Positions 39,769 through 50,560 are shown, counted from the stretch's first letter. The stretch: DNA of 64,000 bases from an uncultured cyanobacterium (GCA_963803805.1 CAWDOD010000011.1:544001-608000), one strand, 5' to 3'. Translations and numbers: made by a program. The notes: generated from the sequence alone by a model not told the origin.

Positions 39769-42700
39769 TCACGATTTTACAGAGGTTTCAGCAAGTGATT
39801 CTTGAATAGGAATCCTAATTTCAAAGGTTGTTCCTTGAGCAACTTGAGAATGGCATAACAAATTACCACCATGCTTTTCAATGATAATCTGATAGCTGAT
39901 GGCTAAACCTAGTCCTGTACCTTTACCAATAGCTTTGGTAGTAAAGAAGGGATCAAAAATGGAGTTGAGAATAGACTCAGCCATGCCCATACCATTATCG
40001 CTTATTTCTATAACGGCTTGGCAACTTTCTTCTAATTCCTTTGGTTGTGCTAGTTTTGTTGTGATCGTAATTTGCCCTTTGTCAGTCCCCATTTTTCCAG
40101 CTTGTACTGCTTCTTCAATGGCATCAATGGCATTGCTGAGGATATTCATAAATACTTGGTTCAGTTGTCCTGCATAACAATCTATTTCAGGCAACTTGCC
40201 ATAGTCTTTAATTATATCTATACAAGGGTAGTTAGGCTTTGCTTTTAAGCGATGCTGCAAAATTAGTAAGGTGCTATCAATACCTTCATGTAAATCAACT
40301 TTTTTCCTTTCAGCTTTGTCGTGGTGAGAAAAATTGCGCAAAGACAAGACCATTTGCCTAATACGTTCTGCCCCAACCTTAAGAGAGTCAATAATTTTAG
40401 GTAAATCTCTTTCTAAAAAGTCTAAATCAATAGCTTCAATTTGTGCCGCTATTTGGTAAGTTGGTTGGGGATAAGCCATTTTATAGAGATGCAAGAGTTT
40501 CAGTAAGTCACAGGAATAGGATTTTAAATGGTTAAGGTTGCCATAAATAAAATTAACTGGATTATTGATTTCATGGGCAACTCCTGCTACTAACTGCCCT
40601 AAGCTAGACATTTTCTCTGATTGGATTATATGGGCTTGTGCCTGACGCAAATCTTCTAAAGCTTTGGCTAACTTTTCTGTTTGTTGTTGGGCTTGGAACA
40701 AAAGAGAACTTTGCTGCAACGCAACTCCTAAATGGGTGGCGATTTGTTGAGCAAATTTAATTTCCGAATCTTGCCATTCCCTTACTTGTTGACATTGATG
40801 GATGCAAAGCAAACCCCATAATCTATCCCCTTTAAGCAGAGGAAGTGCTAGATTAGCTCGTACTTGGAACTGTTCTAATATTTGCAAATGGCAATTACTT
40901 AAAGCAGCATCGTTTATATCAGCAACAGCATGATATCTTCCATCTTTGTATTCTTGGGCATATTGCTCAGCAAAACATTCGTCACGAACCTGAATAGCTA
41001 ATACCGAAGAAAAACCAGCTTTAACATCTTCAGAAACAAACTTCCCTTCCTGCCAACCTAAATCCCCGAAGCGAAATACTGCTACCCTATCGGTTTCTAA
41101 GAGGGCGCGTACTTCTTTGGTAGCCGTTTGAAAAATGGTTTCCAAATCCAAAGATTCCCGGATCTTACTCACTACTCTAAATAAGGACTGTCGTCTTTCA
41201 GCAGCTTTTTTGAGCTGTCGGGCTTTTTCTTTAGAAGCTTGTGCTGCTATTAAACTTTGTTGGTAAAGTTCTCCTTGATTAATGGCAACAGCCGCTTGAT
41301 CTGCTAGCTGTTGCAAAAGGTTAATTTCCGTATCTTGCCAAACCCTTGTCCCATTACATTCATGGGCAATGAGTAAACCCCATAGTAAATCTCCAGTTTG
41401 TACTGGCACAACTAAATTAGCTTTAACTTCCAAACTTTGGAGGAATTCCTGGTGTTGGGGTTTTAACTCTTCTTGGGAAACATCGTTCATCGCCCTCACT
41501 CTACCTCTATTGGAGTGGAAGTATCCCGCTTCGCAATCAAAAAATTCCTGGGGAACTTTGCTCCCTAGAGCCGAAGGCCAATTTTGATCTACTTCTTCGG
41601 CAATAACTTCTACTTGCAATTCATCATTGAGTTGATAAATAACTACTCTATCTGTGTGTAGTAAAGTCCTTACCTCTCGCACCAAAATTTCTAAGGTAGT
41701 TCTTACATCCAAAGTACTACGAATTTGGTTAGTCACTCGCTTCAGGGCATCTTGCAAGTTTAAGGACTTTTGTAATTGAGCAGTGCGTTCTCGGACTTGC
41801 TGTTCTAAATTACTATTAAGAGACTGTATTTGTTGATAGAGTTTGCTTTGTTGAATGGCAGTAGCAAAGGGATTGCTCAACGCTTGAGCTAACAGCCGAT
41901 CTTCGGTTGTCCATTCTTGGGCTTGACCTTTTTTAAGTTCTCGCCAAGCTTCAAAAGAAAGTCGCGGCAAAGCTTGTTTTTGATTGGGATCAAAACGTCC
42001 TGCCCAAAGGGTTTCTGTGTCTATTTCGTCGCGAAATACTGTTAAACTGCCAAAAAAAGTGGTGCGATAGTAAAGAGGAATAGTTAATAAACCACGAATC
42101 TGAGTTGAAGTGAAAGCTTGGCTCAGTACTCGTAACTTGGGGTCTTTATAAAGGTCTACAATAGTAACTGGTTCTGGATTCTCCCTTTGGATTTGTTGAG
42201 AAAGGAAACTTTGCCAAACAGGATGCTCTTCTAAAGGAATGTTTGGCTGGTGGTGAATAAGAGTTTGTGGTTGACTTCCCCAGGTATGTACCTGGCTTAT
42301 CGAGTTCTGCCCTGAAGCTACAATATACACCCTCCCCCCTGAACCTTTTAAAGCTATGACAGTCTCCTCTATAGCTTCTTCTATCTCCATTGTTGGTAGG
42401 GAGTGAAGCAGGGTTGAGATGCAGTTGATGGTGGCTTCTCGCTTAGCTTGCTCTCTGGTAGTAGCTAGAAGGGATGATTCTGCGATCGCCATAGTTACTT
42501 GATCAGCTACCCATTGGAGAACTTCTAATTCTGAGGGGTTAATTTCCCGCGCTTGGCTGTGGTGAGAAATTAATAGTCCCCAAAGATACTGCTTCTCTTC
42601 TCCTACTGTTTTATTAATTTGTAGGGGCAGTACCACAGAAGATTGCACTCCCATAGCTCGGAGATACTCTAAGTGACAAGCATCCACTTGACGATAAATA

Positions 42701-43089
42701 ATTGTTTCTTCTTGTGAAAGTGTTTCTACAGGTCTGTTACTGAAACCTACAGAACCAGAAGCAACATCGGTAATTGCCCGCATTCCTAATTTAATAAAGA
42801 GTTCCCGAACCCGCCGGGGAATATCATCGGCAGGAAAATTTAGCCCGACTAAAGAAGGTAAGCGATCGCTATCTCTCGATTCAGCAATAACTTTACCACT
42901 ACTATCTTGATTGAAACGATAGACCATTACTCTATCTGTTTTAAGGACGTGACGAACTTCTGCCACCGTCGCTTCCAAAATTTCTGATAGCTCTAAAGAT
43001 TGCCGAATATGCCGAGTAACTTGTTGAAATAAGGCTACTTTTTTTGTTTGTGCTAACTCAGATTTCACTCTGTCATTTGTTAAATACAT
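39769..43089 (-). CDS. Knotless phytochrome (GAF-PHY) with two further GAFs and a histidine kinase
   Basis: PADDIP, CHLEYL, PRLSF tongue; DECF...CH GAF; AHEINNP kinase. Confidence 0.9.
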   Translation of the reverse strand: MYLTNDRVKSELAQTKKVALFQQVTRHIRQSLELSEILEATVAEVRHVLKTDRVMVYRFNQDSSGKVIAESRDSDRLPSLVGLNFPADDIPRRVRELFIKLGMRAITDVASGSVGFSNRPVETLSQEETIIYRQVDACHLEYLRAMGVQSSVVLPLQINKTVGEEKQYLWGLLISHHSQAREINPSELEVLQWVADQVTMAIAESSLLATTREQAKREATINCISTLLHSLPTMEIEEAIEETVIALKGSGGRVYIVASGQNSISQVHTWGSQPQTLIHHQPNIPLEEHPVWQSFLSQQIQRENPEPVTIVDLYKDPKLRVLSQAFTSTQIRGLLTIPLYYRTTFFGSLTVFRDEIDTETLWAGRFDPNQKQALPRLSFEAWRELKKGQAQEWTTEDRLLAQALSNPFATAIQQSKLYQQIQSLNSNLEQQVRERTAQLQKSLNLQDALKRVTNQIRSTLDVRTTLEILVREVRTLLHTDRVVIYQLNDELQVEVIAEEVDQNWPSALGSKVPQEFFDCEAGYFHSNRGRVRAMNDVSQEELKPQHQEFLQSLEVKANLVVPVQTGDLLWGLLIAHECNGTRVWQDTEINLLQQLADQAAVAINQGELYQQSLIAAQASKEKARQLKKAAERRQSLFRVVSKIRESLDLETIFQTATKEVRALLETDRVAVFRFGDLGWQEGKFVSEDVKAGFSSVLAIQVRDECFAEQYAQEYKDGRYHAVADINDAALSNCHLQILEQFQVRANLALPLLKGDRLWGLLCIHQCQQVREWQDSEIKFAQQIATHLGVALQQSSLLFQAQQQTEKLAKALEDLRQAQAHIIQSEKMSSLGQLVAGVAHEINNPVNFIYGNLNHLKSYSCDLLKLLHLYKMAYPQPTYQIAAQIEAIDLDFLERDLPKIIDSLKVGAERIRQMVLSLRNFSHHDKAERKKVDLHEGIDSTLLILQHRLKAKPNYPCIDIIKDYGKLPEIDCYAGQLNQVFMNILSNAIDAIEEAVQAGKMGTDKGQITITTKLAQPKELEESCQAVIEISDNGMGMAESILNSIFDPFFTTKAIGKGTGLGLAISYQIIIEKHGGNLLCHSQVAQGTTFEIRIPIQESLAETSVKS

Positions 43090-43523
43090 TTTTATTTACC
43101 CAAGGGATAAATAGGGAACTACTATCGATCTCCGTATTTACTCTTATATTCTGATTTTTTTGCCTAGTTTCAGGACTTCTAAGTAGCACACCAAAAAATA
43201 CTTCTAATTGTAGGAGATCGCAATCATTTTGCCTCGAACTTTTACTATTTTTTTATAATAGGGATCACTATTATATCAGATTGTTCAAAATACTGGTTTC
43301 TATCCCCTGAAAGTATCTAATAACAGTGATCCCTATACTTATCCTTCTATATTCTTTATCAATAAATATTCCCCATTTGCAGGTAATATAAACTGTTTTT
43401 ACTACTTATTTTTAGAGCTAAATTTCCTATCCAAAAAAGCAATTATACCTACGAAGAAAGGTATGTGGAGATAATAAGTAATAAGTAACAATACTATTAC
43501 CTATTACCTATCAGCAATAGCCG

Positions 43524-44873
43524 TTAGCCGTTATCCAGTAACAATTTATGCCAACTTTCTTCACCAAAAATTCCTTCATCAGGCAAACCATGTTCCTTTT
43601 GGAACTTGCTTACCACCTCACCGGTTCTTTGGTTATACTCGCCGTCAGGCTCCATACCTAAGCGGTATTGGACATATTGTACTGCTGCACCGTCGGCATG
43701 ATTAACACGCAGTCTTGGCTGTTCTAACACAGCTTCTAGGGCTTCCCAAGTTGCTGCACCCGCGGCTTTAAAATCTCCTAGCCCCATGATTTCATTAAAT
43801 TGGCAAATAGCATATTCGGTGGTAGAATCTAACACACCATCTTCTGGTAGAGATTTACCTTGCTGATCCTTGATTTGCAGCTTATTGAGAGATTTTTGTA
43901 GTTGCAAAATAGTTTCATCGACTTCAGAGGTACTTTGGAAATTGGCAAGGGTAACTTCTGATTGTTCAGAAGAGGTTGGCAAATTAGCTAAACTCACTTC
44001 TTGCTCTACATTTGGCACTAATTCTGCGACGATAAATTCCTCTGCTTCGAGATTCAAGCTACTGCTACTAACTGCTGTAGAGTTTTGACCGGTTAACCCC
44101 CTAACAATGGCATTAGCCATAGCTTCAGCATTAAAAATATTCATATCTTGCCGAGAATCGAGGAAACAGCATTCAATCAGGATGGCTGGCATATTAGTAT
44201 TTTTCAACACATATAAATGGGAGCCGTTTTTCACCCTGCGGTTGACAAAACCTAGACTAACAATGTTATTTAAAACAGGTTGAGCAATTCTTCTGGCTGC
44301 ATCGCTAACAGCAAAAACTTCCGTACCGTTAGCTCTACCATTAAAGGCATTAAAATGGATAGAAACATAGTAATTCACTTTTTGGGCATTAGCCGTTTGT
44401 ACTCTCCTCCTCAAAGAGTCAATAACGCTGTAAGCTCTTGAAGGAGTGCAACTAATAGCGGTGTGACCAAGATTCCTTAACTTACTAATAACCCGATAAC
44501 CAACTTCTCTAGTTAAAGTATCTTCAACAGCAATTCCCCTCGCCCCTGTATCGGGAGGGGCATTATGACCCATATCAATACCAAATTTCAGTCTGGATGC
44601 TTGAGGCTTAATAGTTGCTGCATTAGCCGTTAAAGGTTTGCCATCCCGCCATATTTCTACGTGGCCACTATAGGCATACCAAGTATTTAAACCGTTAAAA
44701 CTTGTTTCTGCTAAAGCTACCTTAATATGACTTCCTTCCTTTTTCCAACTATGTAAAACTAGTTCCGCACCGCCATTGATGTTGTACTTAAGCTTAGGAT
44801 CTTTGATCTGGCTGCTATCAACGGGTTGTTGTTTGAGAATAGTATCAACAAGAATTTTGAGAGTATAAACCAT
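43524..44873 (-). CDS. N-acetylmuramoyl-L-alanine amidase with PG-binding domains (copy 3)
   Basis: IDMGH, SIHFNA, LIECCF. Confidence 0.9.
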   Translation of the reverse strand: MVYTLKILVDTILKQQPVDSSQIKDPKLKYNINGGAELVLHSWKKEGSHIKVALAETSFNGLNTWYAYSGHVEIWRDGKPLTANAATIKPQASRLKFGIDMGHNAPPDTGARGIAVEDTLTREVGYRVISKLRNLGHTAISCTPSRAYSVIDSLRRRVQTANAQKVNYYVSIHFNAFNGRANGTEVFAVSDAARRIAQPVLNNIVSLGFVNRRVKNGSHLYVLKNTNMPAILIECCFLDSRQDMNIFNAEAMANAIVRGLTGQNSTAVSSSSLNLEAEEFIVAELVPNVEQEVSLANLPTSSEQSEVTLANFQSTSEVDETILQLQKSLNKLQIKDQQGKSLPEDGVLDSTTEYAICQFNEIMGLGDFKAAGAATWEALEAVLEQPRLRVNHADGAAVQYVQYRLGMEPDGEYNQRTGEVVSKFQKEHGLPDEGIFGEESWHKLLLDNG

Positions 44874-44959
44874 TTTTCAAATTATCAATTATAAAACGGG
44901 GAGTAGGTAGCAGAGTAAGTCATATATTTATTATTGCCTTTGATTTATTGCCTAGCAGC

Positions 44960-46174
44960 TTAACCAATTAACTTACCCCAACTTTCTGCCCCCAAAATGC
45001 CATCTGCGGTTATTTTTAGCTTTTGTTGAAAAGTCTCTACCGCTTTAGCTGTTCCTGAACCATAGATTCCATCTATATCAGCCCCAACTCGATATTGAAC
45101 GTAGCGTACTACTGCACCTTGGGCGTGATTTTCCCAGAGGACAGGTTTGATAAAAACCGCTTCAATGGCATCCCAAGTAGCTAAACTGGCATTATCAGAA
45201 TTACCTAAACCCATGATGCTATTAAACCTAGCTGTAGCAGATTCTGTTGCTGGGCCAGTAAAGCCATCTTCTGCTAAAGATTTACCATTGCGATCGCGAA
45301 TTTGTAAGCGATTGAGGGCTTTTTGTAGCTTGAGGATACTAGGATTAGGTTTAGTTCCACCACCACCGGAACCACCACTAGTTACAGGGTTTTGCCCCGT
45401 TAGACCTTTGACAATAGCATTAGCCATAGCTTCGGCGTTATAAAGATTCATATCTTTTTGAGAATCTACAAAGCAACCTTCAACAAGAATGGCTGGCATA
45501 TTGGTACTTCTTACTACATATAAATGGGAGCCATTTTTCACCCCACGATTTACAAAACCCAAGCTAACAATATTGTCTAAAACAGGTTGGGCAATTCTTC
45601 TGGCTGTATCGCTAACAGCAAACACTTCTGTACCATTGGCCCTACCATTGAAAGCGTTGAAATGTATAGACACATAGTATTGTACGTTTTGAGCATTAGC
45701 TGTACCAACGCGGCGGCGCAGAGAGTCTGAAACACTGTAGGCACTTGAGGGGGTGCAGTTTATGGCAATGTGACCAAGATCTCTTAACTTACTAATAACC
45801 CGATTGCCCACATCTCTAGTCATAGTATCTTCAAAGCCAAAACCCCTGGCCCCTGTATCAGGGGGGGCATTATGACCCATATCAATACCGAATTTTAATT
45901 TGGAAGCAAGGGTTGTAACTTGTTGCTGTTCTAAGGGCAAACCATCTTGCCAAATTTCTACGTGGCCACTATAGGCATACCAAGTATTTAAGCCATTAAA
46001 GCTTGTTTCAGCAAAAGCGGCTTTGATATGATTTCCTTCTTGTTTCCAACTTTGTAAGACTAATTCCGCCCCTTCTGTTATTTCGTATTTCTGTCTGGGG
46101 TCGCTAATTAAGCCACTATCAATAGGTTGTTGTTTGAGAACGGTATCTGCGAGTATTTTTAAGCTATAAACCAT
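44960..46174 (-). CDS. N-acetylmuramoyl-L-alanine amidase with PG-binding domains (copy 2)
   Basis: IDMGH, SIHFNA, LVEGCF, DGIYG...FQ...ADGI. Confidence 0.9.
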   Translation of the reverse strand: MVYSLKILADTVLKQQPIDSGLISDPRQKYEITEGAELVLQSWKQEGNHIKAAFAETSFNGLNTWYAYSGHVEIWQDGLPLEQQQVTTLASKLKFGIDMGHNAPPDTGARGFGFEDTMTRDVGNRVISKLRDLGHIAINCTPSSAYSVSDSLRRRVGTANAQNVQYYVSIHFNAFNGRANGTEVFAVSDTARRIAQPVLDNIVSLGFVNRGVKNGSHLYVVRSTNMPAILVEGCFVDSQKDMNLYNAEAMANAIVKGLTGQNPVTSGGSGGGGTKPNPSILKLQKALNRLQIRDRNGKSLAEDGFTGPATESATARFNSIMGLGNSDNASLATWDAIEAVFIKPVLWENHAQGAVVRYVQYRVGADIDGIYGSGTAKAVETFQQKLKITADGILGAESWGKLIG

Positions 46175-46259
46175 TTTTCAAATATCAATTATCAATGACC
46201 AGTTATAAATTTAGGAGCAACCTACTTTTAGATTAAGTTGCCCCTATACTTCTTTTAGA

Positions 46260-47213
46260 TTAGCCGATTAGTTGCTGCCAGCTTTGGGGTCCGATGATAC
46301 CATCGGCGGTTAAACCTTGGGACTGTTGATATTTTTCCACTGCCTTAGCCGTAGCGGGTCCATAAATACCGTCAATTTCCATGCCGATAATGTACTGAAT
46401 ATATTTGACGGCCAAACCGTCGGCATGGTTCATGCGGAGTATAGGTTGAGCGAAAATACTTTTAATAGCATTCCAAGTTGCTACACCCGCAGCACTGGAA
46501 TTACTAATACCCAAGGCAATATTAAATTTTTTAATAGCGGCTTCTGTGGCAGTATTCAAAAAACCATTTTCTTCTAAAAGTTGTTCTTGGTCATCGCTGA
46601 ATTTCAAGCTATTGAGGGATTTTTGTAGTTCTAATAAACGAGGATCAGCATGAGGAGTTGCTTCAGCTTCTTCTTTGCTATTGGTGGGGGAACTTTTTTG
46701 AGGATCTTGTCCGGTTAAACCTCTAACGATGGCATTAGCCATTGATTCCGCTTCAAAAATATTCATATCTTTTTGGGAATCAATAAAACAACACTCCACT
46801 AAAATTCCAGGCATATGAGTATTTCTAACCACATATAAATGGGAACCATCCTTAACTTTGCGGTCAAAAAAACCTAAGTTGACAATATTATCTAAAACAG
46901 GTTGAGCAATTCTTTTACCTGATTCACTAACAGCAAAAACCTCCGTCCCATTGGCTTTACCGTTGAAGGCATTAAAATGAAGGGAAACGTAAAAATCTAC
47001 ATCTTGAGAATTAGCTGTTTGTACCCTCTTTCTTAAAGATTCTCCTACACTAGAAGCGCGTTTGGGGGTACAGTTAACTGTTTTGTGACCAAGTTTAGTT
47101 AACTTTTCAATAACTCTTTGACCAACATCCTTAGTAAGATTATCTTCAAAAGCAATACCGCTTGCTCCTGTATCAGGAGGAGCATTGTGTCCCATATCTA
47201 TACCAAATTTCAT
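46260..47213 (-). CDS. N-acetylmuramoyl-L-alanine amidase with PG-binding domains (copy 1); likely start MKFGIDMGH
   Basis: Same motifs; AAAGGA RBS before the ATG at 47213. Confidence 0.9.
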   Translation of the reverse strand: MKFGIDMGHNAPPDTGASGIAFEDNLTKDVGQRVIEKLTKLGHKTVNCTPKRASSVGESLRKRVQTANSQDVDFYVSLHFNAFNGKANGTEVFAVSESGKRIAQPVLDNIVNLGFFDRKVKDGSHLYVVRNTHMPGILVECCFIDSQKDMNIFEAESMANAIVRGLTGQDPQKSSPTNSKEEAEATPHADPRLLELQKSLNSLKFSDDQEQLLEENGFLNTATEAAIKKFNIALGISNSSAAGVATWNAIKSIFAQPILRMNHADGLAVKYIQYIIGMEIDGIYGPATAKAVEKYQQSQGLTADGIIGPQSWQQLIG

Positions 47214-47323
47214 GGTTATTCCTTTCTTGAAAAAGTAGATGCACTCTTGCTCTCCCAAGATAGATCATTTTTAGTTATTGGTCATGCTGACCGCCCCCTG
47301 CTCCCTACTCCCTTATCCCAATG

Positions 47324-47872
47324 TTATTGTTGTTGCAAGCGAAGCATTTCACTTTGAATACGCTTTTTTAACTGAGGATCTGCTTGGGCGCTGTTGGTAA
47401 TAGCATTAAAAAGACTTATTTCTAGACCGCTGTTGATCACAATTTGCTTAGAGCTATCACAGTAATTTTCAGCTATTTCCCTGACTTCTCTAGATAGTTT
47501 ACGTAGAGATTGATTACAAGCAATGTTCGGTATAGGTTGACCACTACCAATAATTTCTTTAATCTCTCTATATGCCTGTTGGCGGCGGGCTTCCATACCC
47601 AAAACAGCCCTGGCATAGCTTCTTAATTGGGCATTGGTATAGCTGTCTGCGTAGGCACTGGAACTAAAGCTTGCTCCTTGATTAGTGATACTAGGTACAA
47701 CACCTAGGCTTACTCCTGTAATAGCTAAGGCTGCAACAGCTAAAATACGGATACTTTTGTTTAACTTTAAAGATAAATTTAAGGGCATAAACATATTAAA
47801 GGGAAAGGAAATAAGTGAAGACTGGTTTTTCAACCACTCAGATATATAAATATTTGAACCATTCTCGGTCAA
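47324..47872 (-). CDS. DUF4168-like exported protein
   Basis: YARAVL.ME..RQ.AY...FNAIT...DPQL pattern. Confidence 0.7.
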   Translation of the reverse strand: MTENGSNIYISEWLKNQSSLISFPFNMFMPLNLSLKLNKSIRILAVAALAITGVSLGVVPSITNQGASFSSSAYADSYTNAQLRSYARAVLGMEARRQQAYREIKEIIGSGQPIPNIACNQSLRKLSREVREIAENYCDSSKQIVINSGLEISLFNAITNSAQADPQLKKRIQSEMLRLQQQ

Positions 47873-47911
47873 CTATGTTCCTGGTACATCTATCTAAGGG
47901 TTATCAAGTAA

Positions 47912-48892
47912 TTATTGGCAAAGCTGACAAAGTTTGATGACTTGGGTTTGTAAGGTAGGTAAGGGGCTTGCTCCTTTTTTTAAATTTACCTCTAACTCTA
48001 ATAAAGCAGGTAAAGTGGCTAATAATTTTTGTCCAGAAAGATGGCTAACTTCTTGACGCAGAAAGTAAATTCTTTTGGGGTTATGAATTTCTGCTGCAGT
48101 TGCGATCGCCTTTTCATCTCGTTCGCCTTTTTCCAGCATCAGTTTAATGATTAACCAAGTGCGAAATTGTTTGGTGAGGGTGGCAATAATCCTCAAAGGG
48201 TGTTCATCACGATTAATTAACTCAGTTACTAGCTTTAAAGCCAGGGTTTGATTCCCTTTCCTAATGGCATTAGCTAACTCTAGGCTACTTTGGGTATGGG
48301 AGGTGATCAGATTGGCCACTATATTTAGCGCCAATGCCTGGGGCTGAGATTCCCCATAAAGTTGCAATTTATTTAATTCCTGTTCTAAAAGTCTAGTATT
48401 ATTACCCACCGCCTCAGCTAAAAATTCCTTTGCTTCAGGAGTTAAGTTAACGCCATATTCTCCACAAAATCGTTTAACTTGATACAGAATCTCTTCTGTT
48501 TTCCAAGGAGGGATGGTAGGAAATTCTGCAATTTCTCCATACTTTTTCAATAGTTTAGTAACTTTGCCCCTACCGTCAGGCTTTTTGCTACTAGTTAGCA
48601 GTAAGTGAGAATTCTCAGGAAGTTGAGGTAAAGTTCTTGCCAATTCAGCTAGTAATGTTTCTGAACAATGCTGCCCTAAATTAGTATCAGCCACCCAAAC
48701 TAAACGCCCCCCCATACCAAAAGCGGGGGTTAAAGCTTGATTAAGCCCTTCTACTGTTGCTTGAGCATTATCTTCCGGTATCTTTGTATAGTTGAACTGA
48801 CTCCAATTAGGATCAAGGACTTTTTGCCGCAGTTTCTCAACGGCTTTGCCCATCATGTAGTCATCTTCTCCCCAAAAAAAGTAAAGTGGCAT
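47912..48892 (-). CDS. holA: DNA polymerase III delta subunit
   Basis: MP.Y.FWGEDD, PAFG.G.RLV, ELNKL.LY. Confidence 0.92.
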   Translation of the reverse strand: MPLYFFWGEDDYMMGKAVEKLRQKVLDPNWSQFNYTKIPEDNAQATVEGLNQALTPAFGMGGRLVWVADTNLGQHCSETLLAELARTLPQLPENSHLLLTSSKKPDGRGKVTKLLKKYGEIAEFPTIPPWKTEEILYQVKRFCGEYGVNLTPEAKEFLAEAVGNNTRLLEQELNKLQLYGESQPQALALNIVANLITSHTQSSLELANAIRKGNQTLALKLVTELINRDEHPLRIIATLTKQFRTWLIIKLMLEKGERDEKAIATAAEIHNPKRIYFLRQEVSHLSGQKLLATLPALLELEVNLKKGASPLPTLQTQVIKLCQLCQ

Positions 48893-49082
48893 GGGTTTAA
48901 GTCAATCATCCATTGGCGTAAGCCTTCTCACTTATAGTAAGCCAAAAGCTAAGACCATTTTTCATTTCTAATTTCTAATTTACACTGCTCCCTTAATTAA
49001 AATTAAGTGCGGCTTTAGCAAATTTTGTCTATCTTAGTTCTTAGATGAAAATATATATTTTGCTGGGGGAGGCAATTCAAGA

Positions 49083-49856
49083 TTGGACGAAACATATCAA
49101 ACTTATCTTAACCGTGTAGCAAAGTTAACTAGACCTGCTAGTCAACGTTCTCAACTGGAGAATATGCAACAGTCTCCTAAATTCAAAGAGGGCAAGGTAC
49201 AGCCTTTTCCTGGTTATAGCATTGTTAACCTTCCTGCTGCTGAAGATTCAGAAAACACAGCTTTCTATAATCTGTTGAAATCTTACCAACAGCAGTTAGT
49301 AGATAAACTCCCTGAAGGGTTAGTTGTCCCTGTCCCACCAGAAAGTTTTCATCTTACTCTAGCTGATTTAATTTGGGAAAGTAGCTTTCGAGATGCTTTA
49401 GCACAGAATGAAGCTTTTGAGAGTCGCTTAACCAGTTCTATAGCAGCTAGCTTTGAGCAGTACAAACAGGCTGAGTTTGAGAGTAAACCGCTATGCTGGC
49501 AGTTGTTAGGTTTAGCAATTAGACCTAGGGCAATTTTTGTGGCCTTAGTTCCCCAAGATGAAGCCACCTATCGTCGTGTCCTCGCTTTACGCCGTTCTGT
49601 TTACCAAAATTCTCAATTGATTGGTTTGGGTATTGAACAGCAATATTTATTTACTGCCCATATTACTTTGGGCTACTTTGGTAAAATAGCCCCTGGCTTA
49701 GATCGAGAAAAGTTAGCTGCTACTTTGGCTAGTTTAGATGAACAATGGCTGGAGAGTGAGTTGCCAACTTTGGCTGTTAAACAGTTGCAGTTACGTAAGT
49801 ATGATGATATGACGCGCTTCTATCGAGAAGAGGATTTTCCTGTTTTAGAATTTTGA
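49083..49856 (+). CDS. 2H-phosphoesterase-like protein (DUF1868-like)
   Basis: Two HxT motifs: FHLTL and AHITL. Confidence 0.75.
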   Translation: MDETYQTYLNRVAKLTRPASQRSQLENMQQSPKFKEGKVQPFPGYSIVNLPAAEDSENTAFYNLLKSYQQQLVDKLPEGLVVPVPPESFHLTLADLIWESSFRDALAQNEAFESRLTSSIAASFEQYKQAEFESKPLCWQLLGLAIRPRAIFVALVPQDEATYRRVLALRRSVYQNSQLIGLGIEQQYLFTAHITLGYFGKIAPGLDREKLAATLASLDEQWLESELPTLAVKQLQLRKYDDMTRFYREEDFPVLEF

Positions 49857-50478
49857 AACCTCTTAATCATCCTATTTTAGAAGAAAGTTTCGCCATCATC
49901 GACCAAGAAATTGGCCCCATAACTTCACCCCTGCTGAGTATGCGATCGCCCGGCGAGTTATTCACGCCACAGCAGATTTTGAGTTTGCTCAGTTGCTACA
50001 ATTTAGTGCTGGTGCGATCGCCTCTGGAATTGCCTCTATGGCTAACCAGGTTCCCATTGTCACCGATGTTTCTATGGTGAAACAGGGTATTGCAGGTATG
50101 GTTGCCAAAACCTATGGTAATCCAGTTATCAGTGCCATAGAAAAGGCTGAGGTGGCAAATCCCGGAAAGACAAGGACAGAAACTGGTTTAGAAAAATGCT
50201 GGCAAAAATATCCCCAAGCCATTTATGTTATTGGTAATGCACCCACAGCTTTATTAGCTCTTTGTAATTTAATAGCGAAAGCAGAGGTAAAGCCAGCTTT
50301 AGTTATTGGTGTTCCTGTGGGTTTTGTTTCTGTAGTTGAAGCTAAACAAGCTTTGGTAAACACTAATGTAGAACAAATTTTAGTTGCCGGGCGTAAAGGA
50401 GGTTCCCCCACAGCTTCAGCAATAGTTAATGCTTTGTTGGTTTTGGCTTGGGAAAACCATGCAAACGGGTCTTCCTAG
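49853..50478 (+). pseudogene. cobH: Precorrin-8X methylmutase with 1-nt frameshift near 49915-49918
   Basis: ESFAIIDQEIG in one frame; RRVIHATADF...GNAPTAL...GRKGGS in another. Confidence 0.85.
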
Positions 50479-50535
50479 AGGCGGGTTTTTGTACTTATTG
50501 GTGATTATCTAAAATCTCGATAAGCCCGCCCTTAC
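50475..50535. repeat. ~61-bp REP doublet/MITE-like element
   Basis: TAGAGGCGGGTTT...TCTAAAATCTCGATAAGCCCGCCCTTAC; related to 16545-16606. Confidence 0.75.
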
Positions 50536-50560
50536 ATTGATTATCCAAACTGATCATTGT

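Noticed and set aside
43524-47213. Prophage lysis cassette
   Set aside because: No holin, structural or integrase genes; flanked by ordinary chromosomal genes
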